DNA from: an uncultured Nitrososphaerales archaeon
GTDB lineage: Archaea; Thermoproteota; Nitrososphaeria; Nitrososphaerales; Nitrososphaeraceae
Direction of reading: 5' to 3'
Length of the DNA stretch: 42,289 bases
Assembly (NCBI GenBank): GCA_963709405.1
Contig: CAVPXM010000022.1
Coordinates: 1-42,289 of the forward strand
Shown: positions 22,222 to 31,770 of the stretch, piece by piece
How positions within the stretch are numbered: the first letter of the stretch is position 1
How the letters are laid out: each line of letters begins with the position of its first letter
Position numbers and translations under genes: made by a program
Notes under the pieces: model-generated
Seen by the model: the letters and a program-made list of their open reading frames with translations, nothing else
Told to the model about the DNA's origin: nothing
Databases searched by the model: none

Positions 22222-22704
22222 TTGATGAAGTTAGTTGCTCTATACAAAACCTATGAAGCATCAGTTTTTTTAATTCTAATTAACCATCTAGGCTTTACAG
22301 AAAAAGAGCACCTCCTACTGTACAATGCTCTTAAGTTACCACTCGCTGCAGCTAATGCGAGATCACGACGAAATTTCAAATGGATAACTGTATTGCAGAA
22401 AACTGCAGTATCAGAATTTCTAGATAATAGTTTGGAAGATGGAATAATGATATTTAATGCGACAATTGACTTAGTAAGAACTAACAGAAGCGTCAATCAA
22501 GGCACATGTGTAGTACATGACAAAAACTGGGAGAATTCTGTTTCAGACAAAAGATCTGATATCGAATCGTTGAATTTAACATATAAAGCATTTTCTGAAC
22601 GTAGGATTGTTTGGTTCTTGAACCCTCATACAGCCTATAGATATCCAGTAATATTATTTCAAGGGCAGGATTATAGAGCAATTCAGAAAATACAGAAGAA
22701 ATAA
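22222..22704 (+). CDS. hypothetical protein
   Basis: 160-aa ORF in AT-rich DNA ending 30 nt before the next gene; no recognised motif. Confidence 0.35.
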   Translation: MMKLVALYKTYEASVFLILINHLGFTEKEHLLLYNALKLPLAAANARSRRNFKWITVLQKTAVSEFLDNSLEDGIMIFNATIDLVRTNRSVNQGTCVVHDKNWENSVSDKRSDIESLNLTYKAFSERRIVWFLNPHTAYRYPVILFQGQDYRAIQKIQKK

Positions 22705-22734
22705 TTATTAGAGGATAATAACAGTCAAACTATC

Positions 22735-24009
22735 GTGAGAGGAGAAATTAGCAGTCAACTATATCGATCACTGCGGGAATTTCGTAACATAGAAATTAAA
22801 GAGATTATTGAATATCCGCCAGTTGTATCCGATACCGATACTACAATATCGAAAATAATAGGCATTCTACAGGAAAGAAATGCTTATGATATATTCATTC
22901 ATTTAGCAGGAACAGCCGTAATAGGTATAAATATTAGAGATATTCTTTCAGCGCGAAATATATCTAGCAGTAAGCCATCCATGCTAGGTAAGAGAATTCC
23001 AACCCTCACTAATAGAGATAATATAGGACACGCTGCTAGAATACTGAGTCTCTATAGGCTGAGAGCACTTCCTGTGATAGAATCTCACCACGGTGATATA
23101 ATTGGCCAGATTTCAGCCAGAGGAATTATGAAAGCTATGCATGACAGCAATATCATTGGAGCAGAAAGGAGTGAAATAACATCAAAATCGGCAACGGCTG
23201 CGATGGGAAATGCTGATATTAGTAGTATGATTGATCGTGTCTCTTCTTCTAATATAATGACTCCGAATCCTACAACTATAGCATCTGAGGATAAAGTATC
23301 AGCTGCCAAAGGTATAATGATAAGGCATAGAATCGATCATCTCCCAGTAGTTGAAAAACAAAAAAGAGGTCCAGTTGCTTTAAAGGGAATGCTAACCTCA
23401 AGCCATATACTAAGAGCTATGATTCCATCTGAAAGAATAGGCAGAAAATCAATTGGAATTGAGAGCAAACCCACTAGACTCTCCCTTGACATAAGTGGAA
23501 TTATGGACAAAAATAACGTCGTAGTGTCAAAAGGTGATGACTCTTTGTATTCGATTATTGATTTAATGCTAAACACCAATTCGACATATACGATAGTAAA
23601 ATCATCTGATGAAATTCAAGGAATAATAACACATAGAGATGTAATTGCATTATTAGGTGAACATATAGAAGAAGAGATTCCAATATTCATGGTAGGACTG
23701 CCTGATGATCCTTTTGATGCTGAGCTTTCAAAGTCCAAATTCAGAAATCTTATTAAACTGTTAATGAGGGTATCTCCTGAAATTGAAGAGGCTAGATGTC
23801 ATATGAAGTTAAGAAACATTCAAGGGGAAAGGAGAAGATATGAAGTAGATGTGAGTATAATTACACCATATAGACGATATACATATACAAATATGGGATG
23901 GGATCTCGCCAAAATGTTTGACCAGATGAGTGATAGTTTGAAGAATCAATTATCTCATAGAAGATCACGGCGGCAGAGGGAATCTGTTAGGCATTTGACA
24001 AATGATTGA
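22735..24009 (+). CDS. four-CBS protein with C-terminal HPF/RaiA-like domain (candidate ribosome hibernation factor)
   Basis: CBS motifs (LRALPV...IIGQIS; IMTPNP...IDHLPVV...GMLT; QGIITHRDV). C-terminal KSKF..LIK...EIEEARCHMK...RRYEVDVSI.TP...GWDLAKMFDQMSDSLKNQL fits the HPF beta-alpha-beta-beta-beta-alpha pattern. Confidence 0.75.
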   Translation: MRGEISSQLYRSLREFRNIEIKEIIEYPPVVSDTDTTISKIIGILQERNAYDIFIHLAGTAVIGINIRDILSARNISSSKPSMLGKRIPTLTNRDNIGHAARILSLYRLRALPVIESHHGDIIGQISARGIMKAMHDSNIIGAERSEITSKSATAAMGNADISSMIDRVSSSNIMTPNPTTIASEDKVSAAKGIMIRHRIDHLPVVEKQKRGPVALKGMLTSSHILRAMIPSERIGRKSIGIESKPTRLSLDISGIMDKNNVVVSKGDDSLYSIIDLMLNTNSTYTIVKSSDEIQGIITHRDVIALLGEHIEEEIPIFMVGLPDDPFDAELSKSKFRNLIKLLMRVSPEIEEARCHMKLRNIQGERRRYEVDVSIITPYRRYTYTNMGWDLAKMFDQMSDSLKNQLSHRRSRRQRESVRHLTND

Positions 24010-24054
24010 ATAAACAATTATTATCAGTAACATGTAACAAAGTATCCTAGATCT

Positions 24055-24240
24055 CAGGTAGTTGGCGTGGATTACGATACCTACTCCGGGCCCGAATGTA
24101 TTTAAGATGGTTTTCCACTTACGAGTGTCTTCTATTCAACTCATTCGGGAAACGTAGGCAAATTAAGTGCCGAACGATTAGAAAAATCAATCTACGAACC
24201 TACTGATTTATGGACTGCTGAAGATCCTCTTTTGCAATCG
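24055..24240 (+). pseudogene. degenerate tRNA-3'-like sequence plus integrase fragment
   Basis: CAGGTAGTTGGCGTGGATTACGATACCTACTCCGGGCCC (T-arm/acceptor-like), then RLEKSIYEPTDLWTAED, resembling a motif I recall from Nitrososphaera integrases. Confidence 0.35.
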
Positions 24241-24281
24241 CAACAAGAAAAAGTTATGACTTTGTAATCAAATTCTAAAAC

Positions 24282-24650
24282 TCAGCATGAGCCATTTTCA
24301 CTCAACACAATTACGCAAAGCCCAATTTGAATAGTAATCTGATTGGTGATTTGGATTGGAGGTCTATTCGAATCTGTTGTGTCTTGCGACGGTGATGAGC
24401 CATCTGAAGGTGAAGCTCCAGTCGTTGGTGTTGCCTGTAAGAATGGCACAGATCCTGATCCGCCCTTCTCTGATGTTCCTTGTTGAGATGGACGATTCAT
24501 ACTCTGATCACTATTTAGATCCGCTGACTGACTGAATGCATATGCCATTGCTGAAGGAGAGATAATGATGTTTGCAGAGATTGCAACTGTAGTTATTATC
24601 AAAATAATTATGGTTACAGATCTTGTCAGCTTTTTAAATCCCATATGCAT
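24282..24650 (-). CDS. small secreted Ser/Gly/Gln-rich protein with two C-terminal Cys
   Basis: Signal peptide ending AMAYA; low-complexity linker; C-terminus ITNQITIQIGLCVIVLSENGSC. Confidence 0.65.
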   Translation of the reverse strand: MHMGFKKLTRSVTIIILIITTVAISANIIISPSAMAYAFSQSADLNSDQSMNRPSQQGTSEKGGSGSVPFLQATPTTGASPSDGSSPSQDTTDSNRPPIQITNQITIQIGLCVIVLSENGSC

Positions 24651-25233
24651 TGTCTCTTTACATTATTTGAAGTAATAGTATTTTTGTAATCCTTTAGAGT
24701 AGACACTTAAAAATTACGAGAACTCCAAGCTATGTGTTTTTGCTGATATATCAAGGATAATATTCTATCAGAATTGATATGATTCAATTATCTTCTGTAA
24801 TAACAAAAGAGTGTTCTAGAATTTAACAATATACTCTGGAGGAGAATTGTAGAGATGAGCAATGTTGGTTTTTCTTATTATCGTATGAATTGGGTTATAT
24901 TCCTTAAAATTGGTTCTCCTTTCTTATCATGTTTTGTGAGTGCAGGCCTTGTATCTGTCTTCCTATTATGATATTGGATGTAGTTGCAATGAGTGGTATA
25001 TGGCATAATGTATCCATAAATTACAATACAATACAATACAATTCAGATAGCCCCAATTCTTGTTATATACATCACATAGCTGATGTTTCTAGCTATTTCT
25101 ATTTATTAGTAAAGTTAGGTAATAAGAAAGTGAACTAAGAATCTCCTATATGAATATAAAATAAGAAACAGTAATAACTGAGATACATAAGGATCTTTAC
25201 CCATAAATACAAATTAAGTAATATTATAGTGAA

Positions 25234-25515
25234 TTGAAAACTAAAAATCCGTTGACAACAGTGGCTGTCGTAGTAGCGTTCGCTATGGCATCAACAATGA
25301 TCTCTTTCACGGCAATCAGAACGACAGAAGATCAGCAAGCATATGCTCAAGTGACTGGTGGAAGTAACAATGCAAATTGTAACCTAACAGGATCCACTAC
25401 TGGTGGGAGCAGTCCTATCACCCAGACATGTAATCAATCACAAGGAATGTGTTTGTTAGGACAACAATCTGGCAGAGATGCAAGCGGTTCAATAGGAAAT
25501 TCAGAATGTTCGTAA
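25234..25515 (+). CDS. secreted 4-Cys peptide, tandem copy 1
   Basis: Signal peptide to QQAYA; 55-aa mature region QVTGGSNNANC...QTCNQSQGMCLLG...SECS. Confidence 0.75.
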   Translation: MKTKNPLTTVAVVVAFAMASTMISFTAIRTTEDQQAYAQVTGGSNNANCNLTGSTTGGSSPITQTCNQSQGMCLLGQQSGRDASGSIGNSECS

Positions 25516-25785
25516 AACTATCGCCAACAATGGCTGTCGTAGTGGCGTTCGCTATGGCGTCAACAATGATCTCTTTCACGGCAATCAGAATGACAGAAGA
25601 CCAGCAAGCATATGCGCAAGTAAATGGTGGGGGTAACACAGCAAATTGCAGAATATCAGGAACCACTAATGGTGGGAGCAGTCCTATTACGCAAACTTGC
25701 AACCAAGATCAAGGAATGTGTTTGTTAGGCCAGCAAGCAGGCGGAGACACAACGCGGTTCAATAAGTGGATCAGAATGTTCCTAA
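25506..25785 (+). CDS. secreted 4-Cys peptide, tandem copy 2 (+1 frameshift near 25753)
   Basis: Aligns codon by codon with copy 1; removing one C restores ...GGDTSGSISGSECS* ending at TAA 25785. Start at ATG 25506 or 25530. Confidence 0.7.
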
Positions 25786-25999
25786 TCTTGATGCATGTGA
25801 GGTCATCTAGATCTGGGTTTGCCAACGAGCTAACTATAGAATAACATACAAGCAAAGCCCCTTTATTTTTGTTATAAATTTACAACGTTGTAGCCTGCTC
25901 TATTTATGAAATAAGTTGATCCAGTAGCACAATACTAAAATCAGTTATTTGTGATGGTAGATGTATCATTCATTTTCACTTGGGGTTTTCCATCCAACT

Positions 26000-26289
26000 T
26001 TTGAGAGATATCTGGAACCGACATTGAATTATCTACTGATCCAATAAGTGCATATGGAAAATAGGCAAATGATTCAAAATGGTTTCGACATTTGTGCTCT
26101 CCATGATAATGACGGTAAATTCAGAAACGATGATGACGGCCACCAGGAGGTTTCGAGAAAATCTTCTATATCTCTCCTAAAGTCATCAAAAATGTCTTCT
26201 ATGTGGTACCGTGGTGCTTTGCGAGTAATGCCTCTAGGCTCCTCTCTTTTTGTTATCTCTTTTTTTTCTGAACCTGAGTCAGATGACAT
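26000..26289 (-). pseudogene. probable Hsp20 (small heat-shock) 5' remnant
   Basis: MSSDSGSEKKEIT...IEDIFDDFRRDIEDFLETSWWP resembles sHSP N-terminal regions; no intact alpha-crystallin domain follows. Confidence 0.4.
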
Positions 26290-26501
26290 AAGTGGTATCA
26301 TTATTTCTTAACATATAAAGGATGTGCGTACGCATAACATTCCAAGTCATCAAATATTAGCTAGTAATCAAATGGCTAACTGAGAGGACTAATTTGAAGA
26401 CGTGTTTCTTTGATGTGTTTTATCAATGGCTCTGGAAATATGCTTCTCCAAGAATAAATTGGGGAGATATGTTAATAAGTTTACGGTTGGATCAGACACA
26501 G

Positions 26502-26918
26502 ATGGCACTTAATCTCACGGTAAGAGTTAAAGCTGCAATAAACAAAGACATCATCAGTTTGGATAAGGATCTTAGTGTCAAATCTGCCATCAAATTGATG
26601 GTTCGTAAGGATATTGGTTCGGTAGTGGTGACAGAAGAAGAATCCGGCAAGCCTGTAGGAATAGTGACAGAGCGTGATATATTAAAATCTATAGCATATG
26701 GCAGAACGAGGCCAGAGACCAAAATAGAAGGAATAATGAGTAAACCACTTATTACGATTGAGGCTGATGCAACAATAGGAGAGGCAGCAGAAATGATGCT
26801 GAAGAAAAAAATCCGCAGACTCTTGGTTAAACAAAACGACAAATATATTGGGATAATAACCCAACGTGATCTACAAAGATTAATGATAGATACATTCAGA
26901 AGTTTGCTTATTACGTAA
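26502..26918 (+). CDS. two-CBS domain protein
   Basis: IGSVVV...PVGIVTERDIL...IMSKPLITI...IRRLLV...IGIITQRDL; start reassigned to ATG 26502. Confidence 0.92.
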   Translation: MALNLTVRVKAAINKDIISLDKDLSVKSAIKLMVRKDIGSVVVTEEESGKPVGIVTERDILKSIAYGRTRPETKIEGIMSKPLITIEADATIGEAAEMMLKKKIRRLLVKQNDKYIGIITQRDLQRLMIDTFRSLLIT

Positions 26919-27239
26919 TTTAATGCAATCCAAGTAACACTACAAAATCTGGTAGATCTTAATGATAACAAAGATTCTTAGCAGTATATAATATCCTAAC
27001 AAAATGATATTTTATAAAAAGCAAAAAGCATTGAAAATGACTTGCATTACTTAAAGCGACATATGTCACCTCCTGACAGCAACTAGTAGTGGTAACACGT
27101 GCTCTAGTTAGTGGCTTTACAAATCCCGTATACCAGTCACTATCTCTTTGTCCAGAGTATCTTTCTTCAGGATAGCATTTTGTAGTGTTTTGTAGCGGAA
27201 ACCTTCTTCCCATTGTTGTACCGGTCAAGCATGATGTAT

Positions 27240-27370
27240 TTCATCGTCAAGAGAGCAGAGAGGCAGCTAATGCCGAAAGCACACAAGAATTGGTAGCGTT
27301 ATTGTAACCAAAGATGAAAAGCCTGCCTTATGGCATATTTACTGAAAGAGATTTGAATATTTTTAAGAAT
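27240..27370 (+). pseudogene. CBS domain remnant
   Basis: Broken frames read HTRIGSVIVTKDEKP and PYGIFTERDL. Confidence 0.45.
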
Positions 27371-27374
27371 GAAA

Positions 27375-28971
27375 CTAACCCTTTATTACACCCAATGGAA
27401 CTAATCTTGCTACCTTTGTAGCTATTCCCAAATTATGCGAAATGTCTGCTACCATATCTACATCCTTGTATGCGTCTGGTGTCTCTTCCACTATGCCTTC
27501 CCTAGTGAGAGCCTTGACGTATACTCCTCTTGATTCTAATAACTTCGTTACTCCTTGTGAAGTATGAGTTCTCTTGGCAGCACTCCTTGACATTGTTCTT
27601 CCTGCACCATGAGCAGTTGAACCAAAACTAAGATCCATAGACTTTTGGCCACCTAAAAGTAGCCAGCTTGCTGTTCCCATCGAGCCTGGTATTATTACTG
27701 GTTGGCCAATATTGCGGTACTTGATTGGGACCTGTTCCATTCCTGCAGGAAAGGCCCTAGTTGCACCTTTTCTGTGAACTATTAGACTGCGGATAACATT
27801 GTTGTTGTTTTTGTTGTTGTTAATACTGTTACTGCTGCCGCTTTTCTCTGAAGCACAACTTTCGTCTTGAACCTTGTGTCGTTCCACTTTAGCGATATTA
27901 TGAGCTACATCATAAACAAGCTTCATGTCAATCTGATCCTCGCTCATTGCAAATACTTTCTGAAACGTTTTTCTTGTCCAATGCATTATCATCTGGCGGT
28001 TAGACCATGCAAAGTTTAGGGCACAATTCATTGCCCTTACATAATCCTCACCTTCTTGAGAATTGTATGGAACACAGGCAAGTTCTCTATCTCGTAATTT
28101 TATATCATACCTTCGTAATGCAGCCTCAGATACTCGCAAGTAATCGCTGCATACTTGATGACCAAAACCCCTAGAACCACAATGTATCAATACAGTTACT
28201 TGCCCTTCGTTAGTTATTCCCATAGTTTTTGCGGCTTCTCTATCATATATTGTGTCTACTTTTTGTACTTCAAGGAAATGGTTGCCAGAGCCCAGGCTTC
28301 CTAGTTGTGATACCCCTCTTTTTTTGGCAGTATCTGACACTTTAATAGGATCAGCGAATTTGATGCAGCCATTTTCCTCGCATACTTCTTCATCCTGGCT
28401 CCAACCATAACCTTTAGCAATAGACCATCTTACTCCTTCTACCAAAACTTCATCAAGTTCTGATCTTGTTAGTTTAATCTGACCTTGGCTGCCCAGGCCT
28501 GAAGGAATAGATGTAAATAACTCATTAATTAACTCGATTTTTTTAGGTTTGACGTCTTTTTCTGTTAAATTTGTTCGAATCAGTCTCACCCCGCAATTGA
28601 TATCGTATCCAACGCCTCCTGGGCTAATTACTCCTCCTCCTTCTAAATCCATAGCGAGCTACTCCTCCCACAGGAAATCCATAGCCTTCATGTCCGTCAG
28701 GAAGTATTACTACATGCTTTCTGACACCTGGAAGAGTAGAAACATTGATTGCTTGGCCTATAGTACGATCAGCAACCATACCTGACAGTAATATTTCGTT
28801 GGCATAAATTCTGACTGGGACTCTCATTTCAGCTTCTTTATCTTTTTCCACTACAAATTCAAACTCGCTAATTTTCTTGATTGGATAGTTACCACTGCTT
28901 TTTGTAAAAAATGCGGCAGTAGTAGCACCAGTGCTTGTGTTGCTATTAGTAGAAGAAGTTATTTCAGGCAT
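27375..28971 (-). CDS. rtcB: RtcB tRNA-splicing/RNA ligase (1-nt frameshift near 28656)
   Basis: LPDGHEGYGFPVGGV / GVGYDINCGVR, LGSLGSGNHFLE, HCGSRGFG, HRKGAT, PGSMG, STAHGAGR, AYKD. One extra C splits two ORFs. Confidence 0.95.
27798..27821. repeat. (AAC)n Asn-rich insertion in rtcB
   Basis: Encodes NNNKNNNN between HNIAK and HRKGAT. Confidence 0.6.
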
Positions 28972-29310
28972 AATGTATCTTTTCTTATAATATACCTCTG
29001 CTCTAATGAACATTTAACAAACACAGTCTATAGCAACAAAAATTCATATCACTCAAGGCGTGTTCATGGACCTCAAGCGAGCCTTTTAGCTGCTAGGGCG
29101 TAAGTTAAGCTAGTCAACTTCCCTTAATGAAGGCTAAAAGGAAATGATACTTGAATATCATAGTAGAAGAAAATGAAGAATACTAGTAGTATAGATAGAA
29201 ACTATGCTCATTAACATAAATTCGTCAAATCAATCAACCCATCTACTATCTGTTTAAACGCTTTTGTAGTTACACGAAATTTTGTTAGGCAGTATAGTGA
29301 TCAAGCTTCA

Positions 29311-30234
29311 TTATTTACCATCTACTATTGCTCTAGCAATGTCTGATTTTGTGATTATTCCAACAAGCTTATCATTTGAATCTACAACAGGAAGGCCGCT
29401 TATCCTATTCCCTTTCATTATAAGTGCTACATCCAATAAATCAGCATAATCTGTAACCATGATAGGATCAAATTTCATAATATCCTTAGCTAATAGTATC
29501 CTTTTCATTCCATATGGTAAGTTGCTTCTGCTGCTGCTAACAATATCCGTAGCGTCATGTTTTATTTTGTTATTTTGGATATCTTTACTTTTTATCCAAT
29601 ATTGAGTATAAGGTGTCGTTTTATTTGCAAGTAATGCTGTGCTTGCAGGCAATAAATCATGACTGGTAATTATTCCAACAGGTTTACTATTTTTAGTATT
29701 ATCTTCAACTACAACAACCCTAGACACATTGCTATCTACCATTATAAGGAGTACCATATGCACAGACTCATCAGGATTTACCGTTAGCACCCTCTTGGTC
29801 ATGTATTCATTTGCTGTGACATCTCCACCGTAACCCTTTGCATATGCATCCAAAAGGTCAGTCTTGGTTAATATGCCTCTTAAAATGCTGTCTGCATTTA
29901 TTATTAGAGAGCTTATGCTATTATCCAACATTGATTTAGCACAACTGCTTACATCAGTATCTTCTTTTGCTGTTATCAGATTTTGGTTTCTTATGACCTC
30001 ATCTATCCTTATTTCATCAAGACGTTTCCTAGGTAAGTCTCTAAAAAGAAAGCGGGCGATATCTTTTTCTGTAATGATTCCTATCGCTTCTTTGTTTTCC
30101 TTTTCCTTTTCCTTTACAATTACAACTCTGCTAATATTATATTTAATTAGGATATTGCGAACGTCATAAAGTGTTTTATTCGCTTCTAATGTGATAGGAT
30201 TATTGTTGCTTATATCTCCTGCTTTAAGTTGCAT
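29311..30234 (-). CDS. four-CBS domain protein
   Basis: ISRVVI...IGIITEKDI; GILTKTDL; VSRVVV...PVGIITSHDL; ISGLPVVD...LVGIITKSDI. Confidence 0.92.
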   Translation of the reverse strand: MQLKAGDISNNNPITLEANKTLYDVRNILIKYNISRVVIVKEKEKENKEAIGIITEKDIARFLFRDLPRKRLDEIRIDEVIRNQNLITAKEDTDVSSCAKSMLDNSISSLIINADSILRGILTKTDLLDAYAKGYGGDVTANEYMTKRVLTVNPDESVHMVLLIMVDSNVSRVVVVEDNTKNSKPVGIITSHDLLPASTALLANKTTPYTQYWIKSKDIQNNKIKHDATDIVSSSRSNLPYGMKRILLAKDIMKFDPIMVTDYADLLDVALIMKGNRISGLPVVDSNDKLVGIITKSDIARAIVDGK

Positions 30235-30774
30235 ATTTAATACTAACTCTACTATCTATTTGTCATTTATATTGTTACTTAGCAATATCAGAAGGTCATT
30301 CATTGGTATAGATTCATCAGGATTCAATGTATCCATGCTTCCCAATATTATACGGACAAAGTAAACTCGGATAAGAAATATCTAAAATTATCAATTGGAG
30401 TAGAGTAAACAGCTAATCAATACTTGTCTCTTTCTACTACTAGTAACCTAACTCCCTTCCAAACTGTCCTACGTTCGGTTCATTCTTTTGTTGGTTTGTC
30501 AGATTCTGAAACATCATTGCCACGAAGATCTGATATGAAAGCAAAAGGATTCTGTCTATATAATGAAGATGATTTTAACTGGCGACTTTCTCGCATACAA
30601 AAGAAAAGGTTACTAAAACATCATAGCAGGGAATTATTGATAACTACTACTCCTACCGTTAAATGATGAGTTATCTCGACAGCAACTTCAATAGAATATG
30701 ATCTTTGATGGATTGTTGTTGTTTTTCATGTTTTCTTTGACAGAATATTCTCGCTCGTTTATATAGAATATTTT

Positions 30775-31745
30775 TGTAGTGTTGCACAAGTTGTGAACCT
30801 ACTATTTGATATTTCTTTTATAGTCTATTTTCTTACAATGAACTTATCGTACAACGATGCCTTTAGCATCAATATTCTTGCGGATGCATTTTCTCCAAAC
30901 ATCCTTTTCATGGAATAGAAGACACTTTCAACTATCCATCTTTGTCCATAGCTGACGCTACTCCTCCATTTTTCAAGATTTATTAGTTGTTAAAGTACAA
31001 CTTTCCTCCTTGGATCACAACCCATAAATCTGTACGACGAGTTCTTCCTTACCTTGATCGCAGACTTCTATATCATTATCATACAAGTATCTAAAACTCT
31101 CTTTACTATCATACCCTCCATCTGCAATCACTATTTTCAAAGTATTATTTTCTAAAGCAATATCTACGATATTCTTGAGCCTGTTACCATCATGTAATTC
31201 TTGACATGAGACCTCAAGCGATACAATTTTTCTTTTCATTACACCGAGAGCTACGCGTATCTTGAGATAACCTTTTCTTACCTGCCATTGTGTGAGAGGC
31301 ATTTTTCTCTATTAGTTGTCGTTATTCTGGTACTGTCTAATGCTATGACAATATCATTTCCGAGATGTTCGTTAATTTTGATGTCACGTTTGTTAATACG
31401 TCTTTGGATTGTACTGTACTCAGGAATCGATGGAACCTTGCTTTTAGCGTGTGCTCTTGCTACACCTTCAGGATGTCTATAAGGTGGATGAAAATATGCA
31501 CGCGTATAGCCAAGTAATTGAAAAAACGAATCAGGGTATACATAGGATGCACCTTCTTTACCATTATTCATATTATCTAGTTCATTATTCCAGTTATCAA
31601 TAACATCAAAATCTAGAACTACCTCTCCACGTCTAACCAATGATTCATTATAGATATGCCAGTCGATTACCAGATAGTGTCATGATAGGTAAAAGGTAGC
31701 TAGGTCAAACCATACTAACATAAGACTAAGTTATGTAACATAGCA
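30775..31745 (-). mobile_element. IS5-family (IS903-like) element with pseudogenised transposase
   Basis: DW..YNESLVRRGE, IALDST, IADGGYDS, YGQRWIVESVF..MKRMFGE. Imperfect terminal IRs TGTAGTGTTGCACAA (30775) and TTATGTAACATAGCA (31731); several frameshifts; no TSD seen. Confidence 0.88.
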
Positions 31746-31770
31746 CATCTATACTATCAGCTAAGGCCAT

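Noticed and set aside
21257-25785. Radical SAM plus Cys/Ser/Thr-rich peptides as a RiPP cluster
   Set aside because: The radical SAM is truncated, 3 kb away and separated by unrelated genes; the peptides have Sec-type signals; no transporter or protease is present.
28624-28680. Programmed frameshift or intein/intron in rtcB
   Set aside because: No slippery site or inserted sequence; it is a single extra base like many others in the window.
29050-29125. GC-richer patch ending TAGTCAAC, reminiscent of an IS200/IS605 end or omega-RNA
   Set aside because: No tnpA/tnpB/iscB remnant nearby and no convincing hairpin.
30424-30666. 80-aa ORF
   Set aside because: No motif or other support; probably spurious.
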